Assembly (NCBI GenBank): GCA_002269645.1
Contig: NIVC01000672.1
Location: forward strand, 372,001 to 436,000
Direction: 5' to 3'
From: Macrostomum lignano
Lineage: Eukaryota
Length of the DNA: 64,000 nt
Both the position numbers and the translations under genes were made by a program. Shown here piece after piece: positions 34,878 to 47,489 of the stretch. The notes under the pieces were generated by a model. It had not been told where the DNA came from. It did not search any database and saw only the letters and a list, made by a program, of their open reading frames with translations. Numbering within the stretch: the first letter of the stretch is position 1; each line of letters opens with the position of its first letter.

Positions 34878-36305
34878 TCAGGCAGCTGAATTGTCTTCAT
34901 TATCCGCATTATTGTCCGCATTATTGTCCGCATTATTGTCCGCATTAACCAACAGGAACTTCTCTGTTATTGTGGCTGTCCAACACGGCAGCTGCCACTG
35001 GTGGCTATCTTCATCAGGATAATTAGGCTTTTCATAATAGTGCATCATGCGATAGTTGACGAACTTGCTGATCTCAATAACATCCAGTTGCTCATTCGGA
35101 ATGTCACGAACATAATCAGCAAAAGCCTGGCAGAGGGTGAGAACAAACCTGCTACCACAACCGTCCTTTCGACTACTATAGTCACCAGGGGCGGTGGAGT
35201 AAGCAACTATCGTGTTAGCCGGTATTTTACAGACGACATTTCCTTCAGCACCGTGGTGTCTGCAGGATTGAATGACTACAAGCTTCTGCTCTTTAATGTT
35301 GTTTAGGGATTCAAACAGATCGTTTTCCTCAACGCTTTTGTCATCAACTCCCGTAATTTTTCCGAGCTCTCCGTGTGACATAAAAACGATAACAGAGGTT
35401 TTGCTGTGATCTTCAAGTTTGGAAAACTCCTCAACCACTGTTCGCAAAGCTTCGGAGCTCAAATTGTGCCAGATGGAAATTCGGTAGTAAAACTGCTGGA
35501 AAAGATGACGCAGAACTGCAGTATCGTACAGACTGGCCAGTCTGTCATCCTCACATTTAGGGAATATAGCGTTGCTGACTATCAGGAGGCGTGGGCGCTT
35601 CCCCTCAGGTTTTGAAATAGTGCTTTTCCCTTCAATCGGTTCTTCTTCTTCTTCGTCGTGTCCAACATTCGAAAAAACCAAAGCTTCATCTGTATTAAAT
35701 GTTTTTTTGGCGTCGTCGCGGCAGCGGTATCACAGGGAATTCTTCTCCACCCTGGAGTTGTTCTGCTTGCTGTCTGATTTTAACTTTATCCAGCCACTTC
35801 TGAATACATTCAGCGATTACTTTTGCACTGTTACGAACGCTAACGTGAAACATTTTGTCGCTGATTTTCGTTCCTTGCTGTTCATTCTGCGATCCGATTT
35901 CGCATGAAAAAACAACAATGTCCTTAGCATTGCTTGCTTGTTTTTCAAGTTTATTCTTGAATTGCTGCAGGTCGCGATGCGTGGTGTAGACAAGGAGAGC
36001 CAGAACGAACTTCGCATTACATGTGACTGCACTGGGGGTGCAGAATAGCTCAAACTTTTCTGTTATCTCAACTTCCTCTGCCCTTACCTGGTAGCCGCTG
36101 GCAGCGAGAAGGTTTTCGAAATCTTGAGCTTTCTTTAAAATTTCCCCATAGTTTTGTTGGATGCCGCTGTCCAACAGTATCAGCGCCTGGTGGGAACCTA
36201 AAAAGACAATTTGACACGTAAATTATTGTGCAAGAAATTTATAACTTCGCCATGAAAACAAAATTTTATTTTACCTGGTTGAAAATCGCTTGGCTCTGCA
36301 GGCAT
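34878..36305 (-). CDS. Caspase-like protease type C: N-terminal alpha/beta domain + caspase domain with intact dyad; interrupted by one frameshift in an A7 run (35702-35708)
   Basis: Exons 36275-36305 and 34878-36197. Motifs RLLIVSN, DRLASLYD, VIVFMSHG, KLVVIQSCR, YSSR..GSRFV. Removing one A joins ORFs 35695-36174 and 34878-35681 into about 449 aa. Confidence 0.75.
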
Positions 36306-36505
36306 TTCTGAAATTTAGAAGTTTCATAAAGTGACTCGGGGTATTCACATGTATTTTTTAACTTACTGAAATTTTTCAAACTCGAATTTCAAATTGTCAA
36401 ACTCAACCGTCACGTTCCAGAAAACAATATCCAATAGGAGACCCCATCATCCAGTATTGTTTCAAGCACTCAAGCATTTATTATCTGAACTGTATGAACT
36501 GTACA

Positions 36506-36659
36506 CTATAGCTGCTGGCGACACTGGGGGACCTCCCTGGGCGGCGCCAACCCTCCGTCCATAGCGACGCGTCGGCCGTTCAGGGATTAGCGGAATGGGC
36601 GGCCGCGCCTTCCCGCTGTGTCCCCTCCGGGACAGCCCTGCAGCTAAGTCAAGTAAGTC
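36506..36659 (+). mobile_element. About 150-bp 5'-truncated 3' end of the same LINE family as 56614-62508
   Basis: Near-identical to 62355-62508, including the TAAGTCAAGTAAGTCA tail. Flanked by the imperfect duplication ATGAACTGTACA / ATGAATTGTGCA. Confidence 0.9.
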
Positions 36660-36820
36660 ATGAATTGTGCATACAGTTCACCTGAGCTGAGGTACATCTG
36701 AACTGAACAGTCGAAAGGAATTTCATCATAACGCTACGCTTGCAGGATACGAAGCGTACGCTCGTATTATCATTTTTACAGAAGCGTTTGGTAACTTCTG
36801 CAAGCCTAATTGGAACAATT

Positions 36821-38800
36821 CTACCAACCTTTTTTTTCTTGCGAAGAATTTCCTTTTCCATTCGACTTTTCGTGCAACGGCTGCTCCGCGTCTGTCTTGC
36901 ACAAGAAGAAGTTTCTGTGCGTTAGCCACGTCCATCGTGGCTTTTCATCGTAACCATCCACGTGGGGGTGAAATGATTCGTTGACTTCGTTGATTAGTGA
37001 AACCACGTCTTTACTATTGGCATGCTTGTAATATGCAGTACAGATACTTTCGACCAGTTCGCTGCCAGTTTTATTGCTGCCAGTTTTATCGCTGCCAGTT
37101 TTATCGCTGCCAGTTTTATCGCTGCCAGTTTTATCGCTGCCAGTTTTATCGCTGCCAGTTTTATCGCTGCCAGTTTTATCGCTGCCAGTTTTATCGCTGC
37201 CAGTTTTATCGCTGCCAGTTTTATCGCTGCCAGTTTTATCGCTGCCAGTTTTATCGCTGCCAGTTTTATCGCTGCCAGTTTTATCGCTGCCAGTTTTATC
37301 GCTGCCAGTTTTATCGCTGCCAGTTTTATCGCTGCCAGTTTTATCGCTGCCAGTTTTATCGCTGCCAGTTTTATCGCTGCCAGTTTTATCGCTGCCAGTT
37401 TTATCGCTGCCAGTTTTATCGCTGCCAGTTTTATCGCTGCCAGTTTTATCGCTGCCAGTTTTATCGCTGCCAGTTTTATCGCTGCCAGTTTTATCGCAAA
37501 GAGGCTTAGTATACCTGCACGTGACCAGGCCAGCTTGGCTGTGATGTGATTCATCTGTATTCATGGATATTCTAAGATACTGCGCCAGCTCCCGGCAATT
37601 ATATGGGATATTCGTCGGTCTAGCGTCGGCCTTTTCATTTGTGCCTCCAGTGGATTCTTGCTCACCATCTTTTATTCGTAAGTTGAATATCACGAGCTTT
37701 GGAGCTGACCGATTGCCAGTGTTTTTTAAAGCACCGATAATTTCGGCTTCAGTTACTGTTGAGCCGTCCGAGCACTCAATTTTACCGTCTTTTTCAAAAG
37801 CAGTGATGACGAGAATCCACAGGTTGTGATGCTCCTTAAACTCTTCAGCCATACCAATCAGCTCGCTCGCCTTCAGGTTGTTAAATTGCACTACACCAAA
37901 CAGCATGTTCTCAAACAAGTAGCACAGTCGGTCACTGTCTACCTTTGAACCTTCGAGTGCGTCAGCGCCACCGGTGGTCACGCAATTGACAACAAGAGCA
38001 GTTGGTTCGCCATGGCGCTCATAGTAACCCATTTTATCTTCGTTTTTTGTTGCGTCTTGCTTCATCTGCTGCAAATCCTGAGTTCTGAGTCCTGAGTCCT
38101 TTTCAAGACTTTTCTCATCAAATCGGCAAGGCTGTCGAAAGCGCACGAATTCGGGTGTGCCGTATTTGAGATCAACAATCCCTTTTTCCTTGATGGAAGT
38201 TTTGAATGATTCTTTACGAATAATTGACCCGATGCAATTCGTCTGCCAATGCAGAGTTTGATGTTCCTGCAAGGACTCGAAAAAATGTTCGATCCGATCA
38301 GCCGCTGCAACTTTATACAAGCAGAAAATGTTTTTGTATTTTTGTTGGTAGAAGCTCTCAGAAAAGTCAACCGAATTATCGAACGACCGGTTGCTGTCAA
38401 CCTTGCAGTAGACAAGCAGGCAGCGCTGCGTTTTGGATTTTTTAATGTCTTCGAGAGTGTTCTGTAAGCTGCCTGCTTGTGAGTGTTCATTCACGACAAC
38501 AACAACTGAAAATCTTGTGCCCGAAAGACGCTCGATCAGCTGGTTTAGCTGGAGCTGACTGGAATCCGGATTCGAGTGAAAGCCGCAGCTTTTAATGAAT
38601 TCAAAATATTCATTTCCGGCTTTTGCTTCAGGAGATTCCGAAGACAAGTTGCTGCTGAATACCGCAACGCAGCGTTGTTCAACTGAAATGCAAAACAGGT
38701 GAAGCTGCGGTAAAGCGTAAGCAGTACGCACGGTGTCACAAACTCATTGATACGCTTGTAACTAATTTCTACCTGCTATCTTACTAATTTCAGTGTACAT
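36821..38800 (-). CDS. Pseudocaspase type D with an in-frame (TGSDK)x29 repeat, about 625 aa
   Basis: PTALVVN, LEGSKVDSDRL..LFENMLFGV, ILVITAF (no HG), PKLVIFNLR (no QACR), GSELVESIC, PRWTWLTHRNFF. Proposed first exon 38785-38800, main exon 36821-38682. Confidence 0.75.
37061..37495. repeat. 15-bp coding minisatellite (GCTGCCAGTTTTATC) x29
   Basis: 28 perfect units plus 1 variant, inside the D reading frame. Confidence 0.97.
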
Positions 38801-40166
38801 CCTGAACTTCTAATCAGAAAGAAGGTTCAGTTTGTTCGGCGCGATGCTACCCAACAATGTCCAATTTCCCGAAGCAAAAATTTCCAATTATGTTTTTTAT
38901 CTCGCGCTTGCAATTCCATTCTCGCAGGTACATCACTGTAGCGCTATAGGTTAAGATGGGTAATACATTGTTCCTTCACTATTTATTGTTGGTTGCTTGC
39001 CATGAGCTAATGAAAAAATTAATAATTTACATTTCACAGGTTGGCAAATATTGATTATTTCCTTTCTGCTCAAAAAAGGCTCGTCCACACCGCTATCAAC
39101 GAGTAAAAAATGTGTGTGATTAAATGACTGATGTACTCTACATAGATCAATGTACAATGCACACTGATTTACCCGTTTGATGGCAGTGCGGCTGGCCTGG
39201 CCTCATGAATATGCTCTCGACACAAAGTCTGGGAAGTTAAGCCTCGATTGAATTTGGATAAAAATATCCCTATTGTGGCGGCCTGCGGTCTGCGATTGGT
39301 GCAGCGCTCGTGCACCGGCACTCTCAGCTACCCCCAGCCGTACACATAGAGGCCAGATTAGGTTTGAGGCGTGCATGATAGAGAGAGAGAGAGATAAAGA
39401 GAGAGAGAGAGGGGGAGCAACTGCAAAGCAATATACGGTAGCGATGAAGAAATATCTTAGGCTCTGAGAAGCCAATGCAGTCTGCAGATCCCCAGATTGC
39501 TGGCATGCCAGGAAAAATGCCAAGCAATGCGGCCGTCAGCGCGTCTGGCCGTCAAGAAAGCTGAGCTTTCTTTCCATGGCCATAAAATTCACGCGAACAA
39601 ATACACAGCAAACGCCCACACAAATAATACTGAGCTTTCTTAGAAATTAAAGCTTTATCGTCACATTCTTCCAAACCAAAACCGAGTTTCTTGTTCAATT
39701 CTAGCTTGGTAATGACAATGTGCAATGGTAATGCAACACAGTCCCTGATGGCATATTTGAGAATTTGAGGCCTTAGCTATTCAGTTAGAGTCGGTAAGGC
39801 TGTGTGTGTAAAAAGCATTTAAAGAGCTTCAACTAAATCCAGAGTAAGGTCGACAGACTACTTGTGATAATGAATAATACCTGAAAGCTGAGTTCACTGC
39901 TACTCGAGAACTCAAAGTGATTCATGCTTACCTTGGCCCTCATCTGGCTTATTGAATATTTCGACTATTTGCATAACTGCGCGCATTACTAGCTACTGCT
40001 CAATTATATGTGCGTAGCAGCTGTGATTTTACGAGTTCGTAAGTGATTTGATCTGTACTCATCTGAGCGCTATTCTGTGTACCTTATCCAAAGAAATGTT
40101 ACGATATACAATACACAAAAATGTTCAGTTCATGTAAAAGTCCATCCAGAATGGAACATAATGTAG

Positions 40167-41764
40167 TCATGACAGTTCAACTGTAAATTTACCGTTATCC
40201 TCGTCAAGAAAGAATTTGTCAGTTGTCTGCACAATCCAATACGGCAGAGGCATTCCAGTCTTTTGATCGCTTTGATCCTCAAAGTCCCGATAATCCGTTG
40301 AAAAGCCGTTCTTGACGATGCTGTTGATGGGGCAGATCATTGAAGCCACATCTAAGTTGCCGGCACCGAAGTAAATTGCTGAGCACAGAGCGAGCACGAA
40401 GCGGCTACCCAGGAGGGAACAGGCATCAGCAGGGGTTGATTCAGATCTGACTATGATCAGACCGCTTTGTTTGTGAAAGTGCAAGTCTGGAGTTGGACCA
40501 TCAGACGCTGAATCAGTAACTTCCCCTGCAGTTCGATCATCCATGTTAGACGCATCTACGCGCTCTCTCAGATGAACAACAACCAGCCTGTGCGAGTTGA
40601 AAAAACAACTGCCTTGGCTAATTTTAGTGAGCAGTGTGTTAGCTTTCTCGACTTCGGTCTTTTCAGCAAGGATGACAACCACATGGGAAGGCCTGGAATC
40701 CTCTGACGGCTGTTCATTGTTCTCATTTTTGAACAGGTTCTCATATTCTACAGAGTCAAAATCTACAGTGATTGTTTTGCATTGATGAGAACTAAATTTG
40801 GCGTGCTCAAGTGCGTCTTGCAGATTCGTAACGTCCATCCTTGCACTTCTGCCCAAATCAGATTTGTCATCGTGTAGCGATTTGCTCACAAGAATGAGAG
40901 CGCGGTTGCTGTGCGGTTTGCAATTGATTGGGTCCTTAATTTTTAATCTTAGACGACTCCTCACCAATTTAAACTCCGATATACCGTTCAAATATTGGAA
41001 TTCCACCAATTCACCAGCGTTTAGTAAACCCACCGCATTTCTCAGCTCCTCTTGATCACTCAACTTCTCTGCGATTTCATCCAATTCATTTCCCTCTGTG
41101 TCAGGTTTTTTGTATAGAAGGATCACGTTTTTTAATATTTTTTGCCCACTTTGCATATCACGCAGGTTCTCCTTCAACTTTTTTCTTTCACAAACAATCA
41201 GAAGTCTTTCCGACTGATCATTTCCGCTACCATTGAATGCCTCGAATAGCTTCTCAAGTTTTTCATCGAGTTCATAACTGCTAGAATGCACTACAAGAAC
41301 TGCTTGCTTCAGTTTCAGTGATTTGGTAGCTTCGACCGCTTCCTTACATTTATCAATGTCACCAGTTTCCTCCAACTGAAAATTGCAGTCCCTCAGGTAC
41401 TGTTTGAACTTCTCACAGCTTTCTTGGTCGATATTCAATAAGAATGCCTTCCTGTCTGAAATGCAGTTCAAATAGAGCAGTTGCGTTAAAAAGTTTGCGT
41501 TTGGGGCTGAGTATCGGAGCAGTAACGCATCCGGTTCTGCACAAAACACCGTTGCCCCAATCATTCAAGCACATTCTCACCTGTTGAAGTTGTGCTGCTT
41601 TGTCTGCGATCCGTTACTGCAATTCAAACGGTTGAATTGGTTGTTAGAATTAGATAGAGGCCAGGACTGGCTAATAGAGAGATGGGTTGAAGCGTACGTA
41701 GCTCCTCAGCAGGGTCATCAGTGATATACTGTATTATGCCTCCATGCTGATGAAAAGCCATCAT
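40167..41764 (-). CDS. Pseudocaspase type B, copy 2 (B2), about 463 aa
   Basis: Exons 41698-41764, 41581-41616 and 40167-41455; same motifs as B1. Confidence 0.8.
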
Positions 41765-42541
41765 CAAGCTATTCGTCTCCATAGGCAGACCAGAGCTAGT
41801 AGTATTAACTTTATCAGTTATTCAAAATATTTCCATGGCTATGGCGGCGTACCAGAAGTAATTTTTACAGAATAGCAACCGCACAAAATTGCTTCTAAAG
41901 TTGTCCTAAATTTATGACACAGGAACAGTGTTGTAATAGAATGCATTGCTGCTGACATACATTCACAAGAGTAGGCTATGGTTCTACCAGCTAATTACGT
42001 AATATAAGCTCTCTATCCTTCTCCGTGTTCCTGACAAGAGTTCAATACACGAAGAGCCAATTATCGTCAGCTAAGCTTAAAGCAGATTTTGCTAGGCTTT
42101 TGCTCAACTTCTTGTGAGCTGAATATAACTTCCGGGGCTCCTGCGCCGGAAGGACCTTCTATGCTCTTTGATACCGTTGAAAAAATGAATCTGCGTTGCT
42201 TGAAGGAAAACAGTCAAACTGCCATAAGCTTTATTTTTCTCCGGAACAGAACCCTCTCTCCTGAGCAAGCACTGCACTGCTCAAAAATATCTGTAGGAGA
42301 GACCCATGCAGCTCAGCCTTGCAGGTCATGGAAACGCGGGAGAGCGCCACCACTGACTGCTGTTGGACCTCTTCACCCAATTCTCTCTACTAGGCCCTCT
42401 TACTGGACACGCGCTCACGTCAATTCCTGGCAGCACTTCTCAACTGACGAGGTTCAAATGTCTACTTCTGTTTTCAACTTCTCGAACACTTGAATTTTTA
42501 TTTATTGAGTACAAGGAGTAGATTAGGTTTAAGGAGTGCAT

Positions 42542-42605
<64 letters not shown>

Positions 42606-45321
42606 CAACTGCAAAGCAATATACGGTAGGCGTTGGAGTAATGTACTTTTAATCATATTTGGCTCCGAGAAGCCAATGCAGTCTGCGGATCCCCAGATTG
42701 CTGGCATGCCAGGAAAATAACAAGCAATGCGACCGTCAGCGCGTCTGGCCGTCAAGAAAGCTGAGCTTTCTTTCCACGGCCGTACAATTCACTCGAACAA
42801 ATACACAGCAGCCGCCCACACAAATAATACTGAGCTTTCTTAGAAAAACTTTGCGCCAAATTCTTCCAAACCAAAGCCGATTTTCTTGTCTCTTTTTGGC
42901 TTTTTGAAATGACAATGCGCAATGGTAATGTTGCATATTACAAAACAGAAGATTCTATGTGAGTTTTAGCGATCTACTTAGAGTAGGTAAGGCTGCGTAA
43001 AAAGCATTATAAAGAGATCTAAAACTAAATCCAGAGTGATTGACAGATTACCTATGACGGTGTAATAATGAGTAATAGCTGACAGCTGAGCTCACTCCTA
43101 CTCGTGAACTCAAAGCAATTCATGCTCACCTTGTTGTTCCTTTTGTGGAGGGACTCCGCAATCTTTAGGAGGCGAGCTCTGCAGTGGATTCGATGTCGGA
43201 TCGATCTCGCCTGCAATAAAATAAGCATTTTCTGCAAGATCGCATGCATCATTTGGAACCAGAATGTTCGAAACAATAGCTACATGATTTAAGATTCAGT
43301 TCCTAGATGGTTATACTTTACAGTACATGTACATAGGTAAATTAAGAAATACCATGACTGCATCATACTATACTCTCCTATTCATAACTTGTGTTGACTT
43401 TCAGAAAATTCAGTTTCAGCTGTTATATACTCGTATTTCAACTGAGACCAAATTACAACCGCAGGTAGACCAGCACCTAAATTAGCATAATCGATTTTCT
43501 TCTGCACAAACACCATCGCCCAATCATGCAAGCACATGCTCACCTGTGGCCACTGGAGCTGAGATGATTTTTTTGCGATCCGGTAAATCAGGTCTAACTG
43601 AAAATCAGATTGTTGAATTGGTTAGAATTGGATAGATGCCAGGACTAGCTAATAGAAAGATGGGTAGTAGCGTACGTTGCCCCTCGGCATACAATATGCC
43701 TCCATGCTGATGACAGCTGCTAATGAAAAGCCATAATCAAGCTCTTTGTTGCCAAAGGCACTCTATTAGCCTAGTATTATTTGGAGTCTCTGCCCTGCTT
43801 CTATTTTGTCCTACATTTGTTATACAAAAGCATTGTTATAATAGAATGCACTGTTGCAGACACTAACTTACTGAAGTAGGCTATGGTTCTACCAGCTAAT
43901 TACGTAATAAAAGCTCTCTATCCTTCGGTGTGTTCCTTGCTGCCAAGAATTCAATTACACGAAGAGCCAATTATCGTCAGCTAAGCTTAAATCACGCTTT
44001 TTCCGGCTTTTGCTTACCTTCTTCCGAAGTACCTGCCATGCTATTTGATGCCATGCAAAGGTCTTTAGCGTTCAAGACACAACAGGCGTTGCTTGGATCA
44101 ATGCAGCCAAGCTGCAATAAGCTTTATTTTGCTCCGGAACAGAACCCTCTCTCGTGAGCAAGCACTGCACTGCTCAAAAATATCTGGAGGAAAGACCTTT
44201 TTATAACAGGTTTTATTATCTATATTTTAGTACAGGTTTTATAACTCGCGCTTGCCAGCCCCGTTGATATAGCTATCGCCGCACCAATTTTACGCTAGTG
44301 TGAAAGGCGGCAGTTGTGCTAACTAAGCTAAGCTAAACTACGAGTAGTTCTTTCGACTTGAAGTTGGGGCACTGGGGATGGGGGGATAGGGGACTGGGGA
44401 AAGAGCAGACCAGAGAAATGTACAGGACTTGGGAACCAAGCTCATGACACGCGAAGGCCATTTTTACGGCTGAGAAATAAGGGCGCAGCCGTTTTTTACG
44501 ACTATCCGGCACAAAGTCACGAAGCTGACGGTCTCGCCTGTTCTCGCCTCGGCCTCTCCTTTTAATTATTTTATTGCTCCCGCATTGTTCACTCAACTGA
44601 GAACTGCTTGGGTATTGCGCCCTTTGCGTGTCCTTTTGCTCCCTGTTAAGTTAGATCTCTTTTTTCTCAAATTATACCAAAAACGCCTTACAATTTACAA
44701 GAAACGACCAACGCCTTTTTATTTTTACAGCATGGCGCCAGAAAAATAGTTTGAGTACGACACGCGGCCATTTTCGTCGTCGTCTCGTATTCGGTCTGGT
44801 TGCCTCGTTGGCGTGGCGTTTTGGTGTTTTGGGAGCTCGGAAGCAGCGCACTCTCAGATCCGCTGCAGATTGCATCGAATCGACTAAAGCTGAGCTTTAT
44901 GAAACAGCTTGGCTTTACGATTGCACTAGCCGAAATCCTGGCATGAAAAACTCTTACTGTGGCGACTTATACACTCAGCAGCATTGAATTGTCCCCACTC
45001 TATGCGCCAGTGAGCAATTCCTGTTGGACTATTCTGAAATATAAGATACGAGAAAACTGATCGGGGTAGCTTTGATCCGTCCAACCCTCGCACACCGCTC
45101 GCCCCTTTTCTCCTCAACTCAAGCCTGCCGCGGCGTAGCTGAGTTGCGTCAGTTACGCCATTTGCGTCACAATTGAGAGACTTTACCGGCACTCTCAAAA
45201 GTGGCGACCACAGACGGAATCTTTTGTGATGGCGACTTTTTGATTCTGCTGAGTATATTCGCTAGCACTGAGTCTGTTGCTCCTTCCTTTTGTGCTCTTG
45301 CTGTTGGCTACTTGCCTTTAG

Positions 45322-45524
45322 TCCAAATGTCGTCGGAGTTCAGAAAGCGAGCAGTGAAATGAGCAGCAGTCACTCGGACTACATGTGCATTGCTAAAGCC
45401 GAGAAGCTGTTGTCAAGTCTTTGGCTTAATGCGGAAGCTGAAGAAGAGGCCTGTTCAGACTTGCTCAAAGAGAAGTTGAACTCCTTGGAAAGTGCAGATG
45501 AACTCGTGCAAGACGTGTCAGAAG
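45322..45524 (+). other. Candidate orphan exon of an unknown plus-strand gene
   Basis: ccttt-ag acceptor and AAG|GTTAGA donor; ATG at 45359 opens MSSSHSDYMCIAKAEKLLSSLWLNAEAEEEACSDLLKEKLNSLESADELVQDVSE. No recognisable homology. Confidence 0.3.
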
Positions 45525-45789
45525 GTTAGATGACTACTATCACTGTTTAATCTCGAATGCCGACTTCACTTCAATAGAAGGCTACTTGCTTTTTAATTTT
45601 CTCGCCCATGCGCGCACTTGAACAGCACATCAATACATGTCACCCGTAGCCAGGGGTGTCGCCGCCAAGGGGGGGGGCATGTCCTTTCCCCCAGTAAAAG
45701 CTATGGGGGGACATGCCAATGTTTTGTACCCCGACCCCAGCTTTGTTGACCTGCTATGGAATCAATAACTGCTGCGGGGCGACAAAACT

Positions 45790-46798
45790 AAAGCCTGTGG
45801 CGCTAAAATGAGTGCCTGTGGCGCTAAAATGAGTGCCTGTGGCGTTAAAATGAGTGCCTAGGCGCTAAAATGAGTGCCTGTGGCGCTAAAATAAGTGCCT
45901 GTGGCGCTAAAATGAGTGCCTGTGGCGCTAAAATGAGTGCCTGTGGCGCTAAAATGAGTGCCTATGGCGCTAAAATGAGTGCCTGTGGCGCTAAAATAAG
46001 TGCCTGTGGCGCTAAAATGAGTGCCTGTGGCGCTAAAATGAGTGCTCTTGGCGCTAAAATGAGTGCCTGTGGCGCTAAAATGAGTGCCTCGGCGCTAAAA
46101 TGAGTGCCTGTGGCGCTAAAATCAGTGCCTGTGGCGCTAAAATGAGTGCTTGTGGCGCTAAAATGAGTGCCTGTGGCGCTAAAATGAGTGCCTCGGCGCT
46201 AAAATGAGTGCCTCGGCGCTAAAATGAGTGCCTCGGCGCGAAAATAGGTACCTCGGCGCTAAAATGAGTGCCTGTGGCGCTAAAATGAGTGCCTGTGGCG
46301 CTAAAATGAGTGCCTGTGGCGCTAAAATGAGTGCCTCGGCGCTAAAATCAGTGCCTGTGGCCCTAAAATGAGTGCCTGTGGCGCTAAAATGAGTGCCTCA
46401 GCGCTAAAATGAGTGCCTCAGCGATAAAATGAGTGCCTCGGCGCTAAAATGAGTGCCTCGGCGCTAAAATGAGTTCCTTGGCCCTAAAATGAGTACCTCG
46501 GCGCTAAAATGAGTGCCTGTGGCGCTAAAATCAGTGCCTGTGGCGCTAAAATGAGTGCTTGTGGCGCTAAAATCAGTGCCTGTGGCGCTAAAATGAGTGC
46601 CTCGGCGCTAAAATGAGTGCCTCGGCGCTTAAAATGAGTACCTCGGCGCTAAAATGAGTGCCTGTGGCGCTAAAATCAGTGCCTGTGGCGCTAAAATGAG
46701 TGTCTCGGCGCTAAAATGAGTGCCTGTGGCGCTTAAAATGAGTGCCTCGGCGCTAAAATGAGTGCCTCGGCGCTAAAATGAGTGCCTCGGCGCTAAAA
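45790..46798. repeat. 21/20-bp minisatellite (GAGTGCCTGTGGCGCTAAAAT) ending at the segmental-duplication breakpoint
   Basis: Tandem units are directly visible. Confidence 0.95.
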
Positions 46799-47166
46799 TA
46801 ATGGAAGGCAGCCAGTGCCGCAATTGTTGATTGCAGCCCCGCATGTCCCTGCGATTGCCAATACTGCCTGCTTGCATCCCATCCTGATCCCATCCTGATC
46901 CCGTCATGATCCCATCCTGATCCCATCCTCAGCCATCGCACACCTCCCCCTTTCAGACTTCAGGTGGCCTGCGACGTGGTGGAGGGCATCCGGTTCCTGC
47001 ACAGCCGCGGCCTGGTGCACCGAGACGTCAAGCTGAAGAACGTGCTGCTGGACAGGCGCAGCCGCGCCAAGCTGACGGACCTCGGCTTCTGCAAGCCGCA
47101 CGCCATGATGAGCGGCAGCATCGTGGGCACCCCGATCCACATGCCGCCCGAGCTGTTCACCGGCAA

Positions 47167-47470
47167 CTATGACTCATCGGTGCGCCTGCGGCTTTGTGTT
47201 GGAGTTGTTTGGGGTGCTGACCCAGCTATGACTCATCGGTGCGCCTGCGGCTTTGTGCTGGAGTTTTTTAGGGTGCTGACCCAGCTATGACTCATCGGTG
47301 CGCCTGCGGCTTTGTGTTGGAGTTGTTTGGGGTGCTGACCCAGCTATGACTCATCGGTGCGCCTGCGGATTTGTGTTGGAGTTGTTTGGGGTGCTGACCC
47401 AGCTATGACTCATCGGGGCGCCTGCGGATTCGTTTGTGTTGGAATTGTTTGGGGTGCTTACCCTTGATCC
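47167..47470 (+). repeat. 59-bp exon/donor repeat x5
   Basis: Donors at 47180, 47239, 47298 and 47357; the fifth copy has lost its GT. Confidence 0.9.
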
Positions 47471-47489
47471 GGGACTGATTTTCTTGTAC

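Noticed and set aside
35699-35710. Programmed -1 frameshift at A AAA AAC in caspase C
   Set aside because: Joining the two ORFs needs a +1 shift, not -1.
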